DNA of 64,000 nt. It comes from Steroidobacter sp. Its GTDB lineage: Bacteria > Pseudomonadota > Gammaproteobacteria > Steroidobacterales > Steroidobacteraceae. Below the pieces are notes generated by a model. It had not been told where the DNA came from and did no database searches. It worked only from the letters and a program-made list of their open reading frames with translations. The position numbers and the translations under genes were made by a program. Location: the NCBI RefSeq assembly GCF_036406195.1, contig NZ_DASWVW010000033.1, forward strand, positions 224,111 to 288,110, in the 5' to 3' direction. This document shows, one piece after another, positions 20,222-28,543 of the stretch (position 1 is its first letter; each line of letters begins with the position of its first letter).

Positions 20222-20306
20222 CGCTGGCAACCCCGCTGTCCTAGGAAAGTGTCCCGTAGACCGGTGGCTTTGCGTCCCCACCTTTCGGTGAGTTTGCCTT
20301 TGTTGA
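20222..20306 (-). ncRNA. c-di-GMP-I (GEMM-I) riboswitch
   Basis: Minus strand reads AAAGGCAAACTCACC-GAAA-GGTGGGGACGCAAAGCCACCGGTCTAC...GGACAGCGGGGTTGCC, matching the Vc2-type consensus; about 70 nt upstream of the TlpA start. Confidence 0.92.
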
Positions 20307-20434
20307 AGTGGCCAGACACGCGACATTCCCGGCGCATGGCATCGCCTCTGACAACGCCAGCTAGGGTGCTATACGCAGCGCAAATATGTCAACGAACGAA
20401 GTGTGAAGAGAGCGACGCAAATCCGCGACTGGCC

Positions 20435-20450
20435 TGTGATTTGGCGCACA
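20435..20450. promoter_or_regulatory. CRP/Clp-type box (1 mismatch)
   Basis: TGTGA-TTTGGC-GCACA upstream of the riboswitch-led operon. Confidence 0.55.
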
Positions 20451-20603
20451 CTTCAAGGCTCTGTCGGCAGCCGCCGACAGCGACGCCGGCGCTTGTATCC
20501 GTACAGAGACGACTGACAGCTTCCGAAGCTCGCCAGCCTTACGGCGAGCTGCTCTTGCGGATGCGCCTCCCGAAACACCGGCCTACTGCGACCGGCGCAG
20601 CCG

Positions 20604-20639
20604 CGGATGCGGCCGGAGGGAGGGGCCCGGCCGCATCCG
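20604..20639. terminator. Perfect 13-bp hairpin just past the two small secreted-peptide genes
   Basis: CGGATGCGGCCGG-N10-CCGGCCGCATCCG. Confidence 0.6.
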
Positions 20640-20655
20640 TTTCACGCGTTTGCTC

Positions 20656-20880
20656 TTAGATCGGAGCTTTCGGCGCCACGTAGTCGGTCGACGCGGCGGT
20701 GGCCTTCCACATCGCGATCATTTCCGGCGTCACGCTCGGCGCGGCCGGATCGTGGTCCGAGGGCAGCGTGATCTGCACCGTCTCGGTGGCCGCGCGCTCC
20801 TGGCCATAGAAAAACGTGCTGCCGACGGCGGTGCCGAGGCTCAACAACATGACGGAGCCAAGGGCGATACGCTTTTTCAT
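20656..20880 (-). CDS. Small exported or membrane-anchored protein (74 aa)
   Basis: GGAG SD; MKKR followed by a hydrophobic stretch; directly downstream of the repeat-peptide gene. Confidence 0.75.
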   Translation of the reverse strand: MKKRIALGSVMLLSLGTAVGSTFFYGQERAATETVQITLPSDHDPAAPSVTPEMIAMWKATAASTDYVAPKAPI

Positions 20881-20927
20881 GTCTGTCTCCACTGATTCGA
20901 GTTCAAATGTTCAGATTGATATGACGA

Positions 20928-21269
20928 TCAGGCGAACACGGGGCGCTTGCCGCCGGAATCACCATCGACCATTGCGAGTACCGGACGCTTGCCGCCCGAG
21001 TCACCATCAACAATGTTAAATACGGGGCGCTTGCCACCGGAATCACCGTCGACCATCGCGAGCACCGGACGCTTGCCGCCCGAGTCACCGTCGACGATGT
21101 TGAAAACAGGACGCTTGCCGCCGGAATCGCCATCCGTCAGGGCCAGCACCGGGCGCTTGCCGCCCGAATCGCCGTCCGCCAGCTGCGCGCCCATGCGCGT
21201 ATCAGCCTGAGCAGACGCCGCAAAAAGCACACTCGCCACCGCCATCGAGATTGCAAATACGTTACGCAT
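20928..21269 (-). CDS. Secreted tandem-repeat peptide precursor (signal peptide plus 6 x DGDSGGKRPV)
   Basis: GGAGG SD; Sec signal ending AQA; six 42-nt units with only synonymous differences in the 10-aa core. Confidence 0.88.
   Translation of the reverse strand: MRNVFAISMAVASVLFAASAQADTRMGAQLADGDSGGKRPVLALTDGDSGGKRPVFNIVDGDSGGKRPVLAMVDGDSGGKRPVFNIVDGDSGGKRPVLAMVDGDSGGKRPVFA
20931..21176 (-). repeat. Coding tandem repeat, 42-nt unit x 5.9, alternating LAxx/FNIV linkers
   Basis: Read directly: 5 x 42 + 36 = 246 nt. Confidence 0.95.
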
Positions 21270-21347
21270 GACCACAAACCCTCCCGGGAAAAGTGTTAAA
21301 AGTCCGAACCGGCATTGGTTCGATCACAGACTTAAGCGACGTGCGAT

Positions 21348-21363
21348 TGTGATTCCCGTCACA
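21348..21363. promoter_or_regulatory. Perfect CRP/Clp consensus box
   Basis: TGTGA-TTCCCG-TCACA in the divergent peptide/ECF intergenic region. Confidence 0.75.
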
Positions 21364-21670
21364 AGGCCCTCTGGACAACGGCGAGAAAAAAGGAACAATC
21401 AGCGCAACGCTCACCGAACGAAGCGGGAGACCCCCGAATTCAATGGGTTGGGCGGGATTCAGGGATGACCGTAGGGCGGTTTTGGCGGGCGGCTCGCGGG
21501 ACAGCCGAGGGCCCAAGTGAGAAACTGTCGCACTTGGACCGTAGACTAGAGCCGTCAGGAGTGCCCGGGCCGCTCCCGAGCGATGCAGCGGACAATCAGG
21601 CCCCGAATCGGAGACCCCGCAACTGAGCAACACAATCGCAGCGGCCATTCCACCGCCGGACCGGCAGGCA

Positions 21671-22246
21671 GTGACAAGGCTGTTGTCTGCGTGGCAGTCA
21701 GGGGACACTCGCGCCCTGGAACGACTGACGCCGCTCATATATGAAGAGCTGCGCAACCGCGCCCGCCGCTATATGAAACGCGAGCGGCCGGGCCACACTT
21801 TGCAGGCCACCGCCGTCGTCCACGAAGCCTTCGTCAAGCTCGTCGAGATGAATGTCTCGTGGCAGGACCGCGCTCATTTCTTTGCCGTGGCGGCGCGGCA
21901 GATGCGACGTATTCTGGTCGACCACGCCAAGACGCGGTTTCGCGAGAAGCGCGGCGGCACCACCACCGGTTCGCTGAACGATTTCGACGTGCTCGAGCTG
22001 GGTCCGGTCACCGCGGGCGACATCGACGTGCTGGAAATCGACGAGGCACTGCAGCGTCTTGCCGGGAACAATCCCCGCCTGGCGGAAATGGTGGAGCTGC
22101 ACTATTTCGGCGGTCTCACCTATCAGGAATTGTCGGAGACGCTGAAGGTGTCGGAAGCCACGGTGGATCGTGAGATCCGCCTCGCCAAGGCGTGGATCCT
22201 GCGTCAGATCCGGCCACAACGGAATCGCGAACCCGAAGCCTCATGA
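21671..22246 (+). CDS. ECF sigma factor, kinase-associated (ECF43/TIGR02999-like); true start may be CTG 21623
   Basis: HTLQATAVVHEAF in place of DAED; DRAHFFAVAARQMRRILVD; sigma4 ELHYFGGL...LAKAW. Confidence 0.92.
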   Translation: MTRLLSAWQSGDTRALERLTPLIYEELRNRARRYMKRERPGHTLQATAVVHEAFVKLVEMNVSWQDRAHFFAVAARQMRRILVDHAKTRFREKRGGTTTGSLNDFDVLELGPVTAGDIDVLEIDEALQRLAGNNPRLAEMVELHYFGGLTYQELSETLKVSEATVDREIRLAKAWILRQIRPQRNREPEAS

Positions 22247-25014
22247 CCACCGGTCAACCAGGGAATGTGGTCGACGACCGCTGGGAACGGCTGCAGGATT
22301 TGTTTTCTCGCGCCGTCGAATTGCCCGAAGACGAACGCGAAGCTTTCATCACCCTCGAAACGGGCAGCGACGCCGAGCTGCGTAACGAACTGCTCGAACT
22401 GCTGGCCTGCGATGTGGGCCGCTCCACCGGCCCGCTGACTCACGCGCTCGGCGCGGCCATCGATGCCACCACACGCGACCGCCGCAAAGCGCTGGTCGGC
22501 CGCATCATCGGCAACTACAAACTGGCTTCGATTCTCGGCCACGGCGGCACCGGCACGGTCTACCTGGGCGAGCGCGCCGACCGGCAATATTCGGCGCAGG
22601 TGGCGGTAAAGATCGTCGATACCGCGCCCATTCATGGCGAGCTCGGCCTGCGGTTCCGCGCCGAACGGCAGATTCTAGCCAGCCTGAATCACGCCAACAT
22701 CTCGCGGCTGCTGGATGCCGGCGAGACTCCGGACGGCCAGCCGTATCTGGTCATGGAATACGTGCACGGCGAGCCGGTGGATCGTTACTGCGACCGGCAC
22801 CAGCTGGATCTGACCGCACGCCTGACACTGTTCCTGGAAATCTGTAACGCGGTTCAGTACGCGCACCAGAACCTGATCGTGCATCGCGACCTGAAGCCGG
22901 CCAACATCCTGGTCACGGCCGAAGGCTCGCCCAAACTGCTGGATTTCGGCATCGCCAAGCTGCTCGACACGGGCGACAAGGCGGCGATGCTGGCGCTGAC
23001 GCGCATGAACGACCGGCTACTCACGCCGGAATACGCCAGCCCCGAACAGATCCTCGGCCGCCCGGTCACCACCGCCAGCGACGTCTATGCGCTCGGCGTG
23101 GTTTTGTATGAACTGCTGACCGGCCTGCGGCCCTACACCGTGCCGTCCTCGGCCAGCCAGCTGGAGCTGGAACGTTCCATTTGTATCAGCGATCCGCAGC
23201 GCCCCAGCACCGCCGTGAAAAAGGCGATGGAAGCGCAGCCGCGCGAGGGCGAGTCGCCCATCGCCGCGATTGGCCTCGCCCGCAGTATTCAAGTCGATCG
23301 CCTGCAGAAACGTTTGCTCGGCGATATCGATTCCATCGTCATGCGCGCGCTGCGCAAGGAACCGCACCATCGTTACGGATCGGTCGAACAGCTCGCCGCA
23401 GACGTGCGGCGTTATCTGTCGCGCGAACCGGTCGTTGCCCGCCAGGGCAACTGGCTGTACTACTCGCAACGTTTCGTGCGCCGCCATGCATTCGGCGTCT
23501 CCGCCGGAGCGTTCTTCATGCTGGTCATCATCGCGTTCGCGATCGCCATGTCGATCCAGACGCAGCGCATCGCCGCCGAGCGCGACAAGGCCGCCAGCGA
23601 GAGCAAATCGGCCCAGGCCGTTTCCGAATTCATGCTGGACGTATTCTCCGCCGCCGAGCCGTTCAACGCCCAAGGCAAGGAGATCACGGCCCGCCAGCTG
23701 CTCGAACAGTCGGGCTTGCAGGTGCGTGCGGACAAGGGCATGCGCCCCGAAGTGCGAGCGCGCCTGCTGGCATCCATCGGGCGCGCGTTCCGTCGCAGCG
23801 GCGATACGGAACGTTCGCTGAGTTACCTCGAGGACGCGGTCCATCTTCGCCGGCAGATGCCGGATGGCGGCGGCTTGCCCGCTGCCGAAGATATGTCCGA
23901 GCTCGCCGTGACATTACGAACTCTCGGCGACATGGAAGGCTCGGCGCGCATCATCCAGGAAGCGATGAAGCTGTGCGAACGCATCGGCGGACAACGCACG
24001 CCTACGTACGCCACCTTGCTCACAAACCGCGGCCGCGTCGAATTCCACACCGGCGATGTGACTCGCTCGCGCCGGTCGTTCGAACAGGCGCTGGCGCTGA
24101 ATCGCCAGGTGCGCGGACCGAACGATCAGGAAGTGGCGGTCGTGCTGCTCGACCTGTCGCTGGTGTTCATGTGGATGGATGACATTCCTTCGGTGGAGCG
24201 GGTGACGCGCCAGGCCGTGGATATCTTCCGGATCACCGCGCCCGACCTGCATCCCGATCGCGTGCTGGCCGAGACCCGGCTGGGCGAAGCGCTGCTGATG
24301 CAGAACCACATCAATGAAGCGGGCGAGATGTTCGAAAGCACGCTCGACAAGCAACGCATCCTGTTCGGCGACAACAGTCGGCAGGTCGCCGAAGTGCTCG
24401 ACTCGCTGGCGCAGATTCGCCGCGCGCAGGGCCAGATGGCGGAGGCGGAGCAGTTCGCGGCCGAATCGCTGGACTCGGCCGTCAACGCGATGGGTGCCGA
24501 ACACGCGTATACGCCCTACTTCCGCACCGCCTATGCCGCCGTGTTGATGCGCCGTGGTAAATACGCCGAAGCCGAACGAGAGCTGCGCCATTCGCTGGAA
24601 ACGCTCGGCAAGACCCGTCCTGCCGATCATCAATATGTATGCTCGGCGGAACATCTATTGGGCGAAGTGCTACTCGAGACCGGCCGGCTCACCGACGCCG
24701 AAGCCATGCTGACGGCCGCCATGAATCGCTGGAAGCGCACCGATGCGCCCGCCTGGCGAGTGGCCCGCTCCGCCAGCGCGCTCGGCGAAGTGTTCTTCAA
24801 GCAAGGACGCATGCGCGAGGCGGAAACGTATCTCACGCGCTCGTACACGGAGCTGGCGACCGACGACAGCGCCGATCGCGACGTGCGCATCAAAGCTCGC
24901 CAGCGGGTCGAGCAGTTCTATCTCGCCAGTGGCCAGCGCGACAAACTCAATGAGCTGATGCTGGCCACCAGCGGCACCTCGCCCCAGAACGCCCCGCGCT
25001 CCCGCGTCAATTGA
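22243..25014 (+). CDS. Membrane Hanks-type Ser/Thr kinase with C-terminal extracytoplasmic TPR domain
   Basis: GHGGTGTV, VAVK, HRDLKPAN, DFG and YASPE motifs; one TM (FGVSAGAFFMLVIIAFAIAM); TPRs; ATGA overlap with the ECF stop. Confidence 0.93.
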   Translation: MTTGQPGNVVDDRWERLQDLFSRAVELPEDEREAFITLETGSDAELRNELLELLACDVGRSTGPLTHALGAAIDATTRDRRKALVGRIIGNYKLASILGHGGTGTVYLGERADRQYSAQVAVKIVDTAPIHGELGLRFRAERQILASLNHANISRLLDAGETPDGQPYLVMEYVHGEPVDRYCDRHQLDLTARLTLFLEICNAVQYAHQNLIVHRDLKPANILVTAEGSPKLLDFGIAKLLDTGDKAAMLALTRMNDRLLTPEYASPEQILGRPVTTASDVYALGVVLYELLTGLRPYTVPSSASQLELERSICISDPQRPSTAVKKAMEAQPREGESPIAAIGLARSIQVDRLQKRLLGDIDSIVMRALRKEPHHRYGSVEQLAADVRRYLSREPVVARQGNWLYYSQRFVRRHAFGVSAGAFFMLVIIAFAIAMSIQTQRIAAERDKAASESKSAQAVSEFMLDVFSAAEPFNAQGKEITARQLLEQSGLQVRADKGMRPEVRARLLASIGRAFRRSGDTERSLSYLEDAVHLRRQMPDGGGLPAAEDMSELAVTLRTLGDMEGSARIIQEAMKLCERIGGQRTPTYATLLTNRGRVEFHTGDVTRSRRSFEQALALNRQVRGPNDQEVAVVLLDLSLVFMWMDDIPSVERVTRQAVDIFRITAPDLHPDRVLAETRLGEALLMQNHINEAGEMFESTLDKQRILFGDNSRQVAEVLDSLAQIRRAQGQMAEAEQFAAESLDSAVNAMGAEHAYTPYFRTAYAAVLMRRGKYAEAERELRHSLETLGKTRPADHQYVCSAEHLLGEVLLETGRLTDAEAMLTAAMNRWKRTDAPAWRVARSASALGEVFFKQGRMREAETYLTRSYTELATDDSADRDVRIKARQRVEQFYLASGQRDKLNELMLATSGTSPQNAPRSRVN

Positions 25015-25110
25015 TTTCCGCCAATCGGCCGAAACCTGCGCGTTCGGCCTGAACTGTCCGCATCTGCTACAGTCTCAGTGCAAGATTCACTTGTAGGAGT
25101 GACGGCCACG

Positions 25111-25965
25111 ATGCTCACACGATCCAACCCGTTCGCGACCCGGCTCGCGGTGCTACTGCTTTCCTGCACGCTCGCTGGCATGGCCGGCACAGCCGTCGCG
25201 GGCGAGCGCCAGGATGCGCGCCTGCTCACCTCCACGAAGGTGCTGAGCGAACTGATGCGCATGCCCGAGCAGAATATTCCTACCTGGTTGCTGGAGCGCG
25301 CTTACGCGGTCGCGGTCATCCCCTCGGTGATCAAGGTGGGCCTGGGCATCGGCGGCCGGCGCGGCAAGGGCGTGCTGGTGGTGCGCAAGGACACCGGCCA
25401 GTGGAGCAATCCGATTTTCGTGAACCTGACCGGCGGCAGCTTCGGCTTCCAGGTCGGCGTGCAGTCCACCGACGTCGTGCTCGTTTTCACGTCAAAGCAA
25501 AGCATCGAAGGTATCGTCGGCGGCAAAGTGACGCTTGGCGCAGACGCCTCGGTGGCAGCCGGCCCGGTCGGCCGGCAGAGCTCCGCCGCCACCGACATCG
25601 GTCTCACCGCGCAGGTGTATTCGTATTCTCGCGCCAGCGGCCTGTTCGCCGGCGTGGCGCTGGATGGCTCGGCCATCACCATCGACAACGCCTCGAACGA
25701 GGCGTTCTATAACAAGCCCGGCATTCTCGCCAGCGAGATCATTCGCGCCGACGCGCCGGCCGCGCCGGCCCCGGCCGACCAATTCATCGCCGCGGTTCAG
25801 GCCTCGGCGACTGGCGGAACGCCCGCCGCTCCCGCCGGCAGCGCGCAGCCTCCGGCGGACGCCGAGCCCCCGCCGCCCACTTCCACGGCCAGCAGTTCGG
25901 CGGGTGGCGGCGTGCAAACCTATCCCATGGAAGATCCGAATCCGGGCGAGGAACCCCCGCAATAA
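25111..25965 (+). CDS. Secreted SYLF/Ysc84 lipid-binding domain protein
   Basis: GGRRGKG, GGSFGFQVG, DASVAAGPVGR and YSRASGLFAG motifs; Pro-rich tail. Confidence 0.88.
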   Translation: MLTRSNPFATRLAVLLLSCTLAGMAGTAVAGERQDARLLTSTKVLSELMRMPEQNIPTWLLERAYAVAVIPSVIKVGLGIGGRRGKGVLVVRKDTGQWSNPIFVNLTGGSFGFQVGVQSTDVVLVFTSKQSIEGIVGGKVTLGADASVAAGPVGRQSSAATDIGLTAQVYSYSRASGLFAGVALDGSAITIDNASNEAFYNKPGILASEIIRADAPAAPAPADQFIAAVQASATGGTPAAPAGSAQPPADAEPPPPTSTASSSAGGGVQTYPMEDPNPGEEPPQ

Positions 25966-26180
25966 TGCCGCGACCGTCCGCCGGCCCGGGGCAAACCCTG
26001 AATTGAATCTGCGGCCGCGAAGCCCAGCGAACTCGCGGCCGGGTTATCGATCAAACCCGCCTCGAGAGCGCAGTCCCCGCAGGTCCGCGGTTTGCGACTT
26101 CCCGGGGGCCGGATATGATCCGCGCGGTTCGATACGGATGTCGGCATCAACCTGCCCGTTACAGGCGCAATGAGAGTGCA

Positions 26181-26648
26181 ATGAAATCGATTCAACATTT
26201 TCCGGCGGCTCGCGTGCACACCACGGCGCGCGGCTTCACCCTGATCGAAATCATGGTCGTGGTGGTGATCCTAGGCATCCTGGCCGCAATCGTGGCGCCG
26301 AATGTCATGCGCCGTATCGACGACGCGCAGCTGACCAAGGTATCCAGCGACATTCGCACCATCGAGACGGCGCTGAACCTCTATCGCATGGACAACTTCC
26401 GCTACCCGACCACCGAACAGGGTCTCAAGGCCCTTTACGAAAAGCCCAACGATTCCAGCGTGCGCAACTGGAAGCAGGGCGGCTATCTCGACCCCAGCGC
26501 CCGCAAGGACCCGTGGGGTAACGACTACCGCTACGTCTATCCGGGCAGCCACGGCAAGGAATTCGACCTCTTCACCTACGGCGCCGACAACCAGGAAGGC
26601 GGCGAAGGGCTGGATGCCGACATCGGCAACTGGACGCAGGAGAAGTAA
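26181..26648 (+). CDS. gspG: Type II secretion major pseudopilin
   Basis: G-FTLIEIM prepilin site; YPTTEQGL, KDPWG and GADNQEGGEG motifs. Confidence 0.92.
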   Translation: MKSIQHFPAARVHTTARGFTLIEIMVVVVILGILAAIVAPNVMRRIDDAQLTKVSSDIRTIETALNLYRMDNFRYPTTEQGLKALYEKPNDSSVRNWKQGGYLDPSARKDPWGNDYRYVYPGSHGKEFDLFTYGADNQEGGEGLDADIGNWTQEK

Positions 26649-26719
26649 CGCCTGGCGCCGGCCGCGGACAAGAAGCGAGCTCCGGCAGAAGCCGCGCAAA
26701 CAGCAGTAGAATCGGGCGC

Positions 26720-27049
26720 ATGAGCGCCTATTCCGAGAGCGCGCCGACGCGCGCCGAAGCCGATGCCCTGCCGGGCCCGACCATCATCGAGTTCGGTACC
26801 AACTGGTGCGGCTTCTGTGCAGCCGCCCAGCCGCACATCACACAGGCCCTGCAGGAAGTCCGGGCCAGGCATCCCGACCTGCGCCACCTCAAGATCGAAG
26901 ACGGCCCCGGCCGGCCGCTCGGCCGCTCGTTCAAGGTCAAGTTGTGGCCGACGCTGATCTTCATGAAGGACGGCACCGAGGTCGCGCGCGTGGTCCGCCC
27001 CGACTCGCCGCAACCCGTCAGTGACGCGGCAGAACAGATCTTCTCCTGA
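26720..27049 (+). CDS. Thioredoxin family protein
   Basis: WCGFC and FKVKLWPTL motifs. Confidence 0.85.
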   Translation: MSAYSESAPTRAEADALPGPTIIEFGTNWCGFCAAAQPHITQALQEVRARHPDLRHLKIEDGPGRPLGRSFKVKLWPTLIFMKDGTEVARVVRPDSPQPVSDAAEQIFS

Positions 27050-27070
27050 AACAACGCGCACGAGGCGCAA

Positions 27071-28513
27071 GTGAGCCGGGGTCCCTCCGCCACCGTTCAG
27101 CGCTACCTGCCTTGGCTGGTCGGCATCGTGCTGTTCATGGAAACGCTCGATTCGACCATCGTGAACACCGCCGTGCCGTCCATGGCGGTCAATCTCGAAG
27201 TCACCCCCCTGAGCCTCAAGGCCATCGTTGCCAGCTACATCCTGGCACTCGCCCTCGGCATCCCGGTGAGCGGCTGGCTGGCCGACCGCTTCGGCACCCG
27301 CAAGGTATTCACGGTGGCAGTGGCCCTTTTCACCGTGGCCTCGGTGATGTGCGGCCTTGCTTTGAATGCCTCCATGCTGATCGTCGCGCGCGTTCTGCAA
27401 GGAGCGGGCGCGGCCATGATGACGCCCGTTGGACGACTTGCCATCGTGCGCACGTTCCCGCGATCGGAACTGCTGTCCAAGATGAACTTCGTGATCATCC
27501 CGGCGCTCATCGGGCCGCTGCTGGGGCCGACCGTGGGCGGCTTGATCGTGCATTGGTGGTCGTGGCGCGAGATCTTTTTCGTCAACGTGCCGGTCGGGCT
27601 CGCCGCGCTGTGGATGATGCGCCATTGCATGCCGGACTATCGCAGCGACTCGCCGCGCAGTCTGGATGTCATCGGCCTGATCTTGTTCTGCTCCGGCTCG
27701 GCGCTGTTGTCATGGCTGCTCGAAGTGTTTGGCGAGCATCGGTTCGACGCGGTTGCGACCACGCTCCTTTTGTTGATTTCACTCGCGCTGCTCGGTGCCT
27801 ACGCGCTGCACGCGTTCCGGACGGAACATCCGCTGCTGAACCTGCGGTTGTTCAAGGTGCGCACGTTTCGCGTTTCTGTCGGCGGCGGGCTGGTGACGCG
27901 CTTGGGGATCAGCGGCCTGCCCTTCCTGCTGCCGCTGTTCTATCAGCTCGGGTTGGGCATGCCGGCCTGGCAGTCGGGCCTGATGATGATGCCCGCCGCG
28001 CTGGCGGCCATGTTTGTGAAAGCGGCGGCACCGCATCTGCTGCGGCGTTTCGGCTATCGACGCGTACTCATCACCAACACGGTGCTGATGGGCGTGACCA
28101 TCGGGCTGTTCTCGTTCGTGGATCAGAGCACGCCGCTGGCGGCGATCGTGGCGCTGAGCTTCCTGGTGGGCTCGGGCAACTCGGTGCAGTTCTCCAGCAT
28201 GAATTCGCTGGCGTTCGCCGACGTGGACGATAGCAACTCGAGCATGGCCAATACCATCGCCAGCTCCATGCAGCAGCTGTCGATGGGCTTCGGCCTGGCT
28301 TGCGGCTCTCTGCTGGCGGGCTGGTATCTGGGCAATCTGCCGCAGACCGATCAAGTCGCCGTGATCGGCGCGCTACACCCGGCATTCATCACGTTGGGCG
28401 TGGCGACCATGCTGTCGTCGCTCACGTACTGGACGTTGCGTCCGGGCGATGGTCACGCACTGACCGGCAAACCTCAAACGCCGGTCGCGGCTCGAGAGTC
28501 CGTCGCCAACTAG
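27071..28513 (+). CDS. DHA2 family MFS efflux permease
   Basis: LDSTIVNTA and GWLADRFG motifs; about 14 TMs. Confidence 0.9.
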   Translation: MSRGPSATVQRYLPWLVGIVLFMETLDSTIVNTAVPSMAVNLEVTPLSLKAIVASYILALALGIPVSGWLADRFGTRKVFTVAVALFTVASVMCGLALNASMLIVARVLQGAGAAMMTPVGRLAIVRTFPRSELLSKMNFVIIPALIGPLLGPTVGGLIVHWWSWREIFFVNVPVGLAALWMMRHCMPDYRSDSPRSLDVIGLILFCSGSALLSWLLEVFGEHRFDAVATTLLLLISLALLGAYALHAFRTEHPLLNLRLFKVRTFRVSVGGGLVTRLGISGLPFLLPLFYQLGLGMPAWQSGLMMMPAALAAMFVKAAAPHLLRRFGYRRVLITNTVLMGVTIGLFSFVDQSTPLAAIVALSFLVGSGNSVQFSSMNSLAFADVDDSNSSMANTIASSMQQLSMGFGLACGSLLAGWYLGNLPQTDQVAVIGALHPAFITLGVATMLSSLTYWTLRPGDGHALTGKPQTPVAARESVAN

Positions 28514-28543
28514 TCTCCGTTGGCGACGGACCACTGTTTCATC

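Noticed and set aside
20222-20306. cGAMP-selective (GEMM-Ib) riboswitch
   Set aside because: The position equivalent to 20 reads G, not A.
20931-21176. CRISPR array interpretation of the 42-nt repeats
   Set aside because: Variable parts are only 12 nt, variation is at third codon positions, and no cas genes are present.
20931-21176. GDSGG matches the trypsin-family catalytic Ser motif, and GKR matches the eukaryotic amidation/dibasic cleavage signal
   Set aside because: There is no protease fold or His/Asp partner, and Pro follows KR, which generally blocks Kex2-type cleavage. Kept only as a curiosity.
20928-21269. Graspetide or other enzyme-modified RiPP precursor
   Set aside because: No ATP-grasp, radical SAM, YcaO or peptidase-transporter gene is nearby, and it has a Sec signal rather than a RiPP leader.
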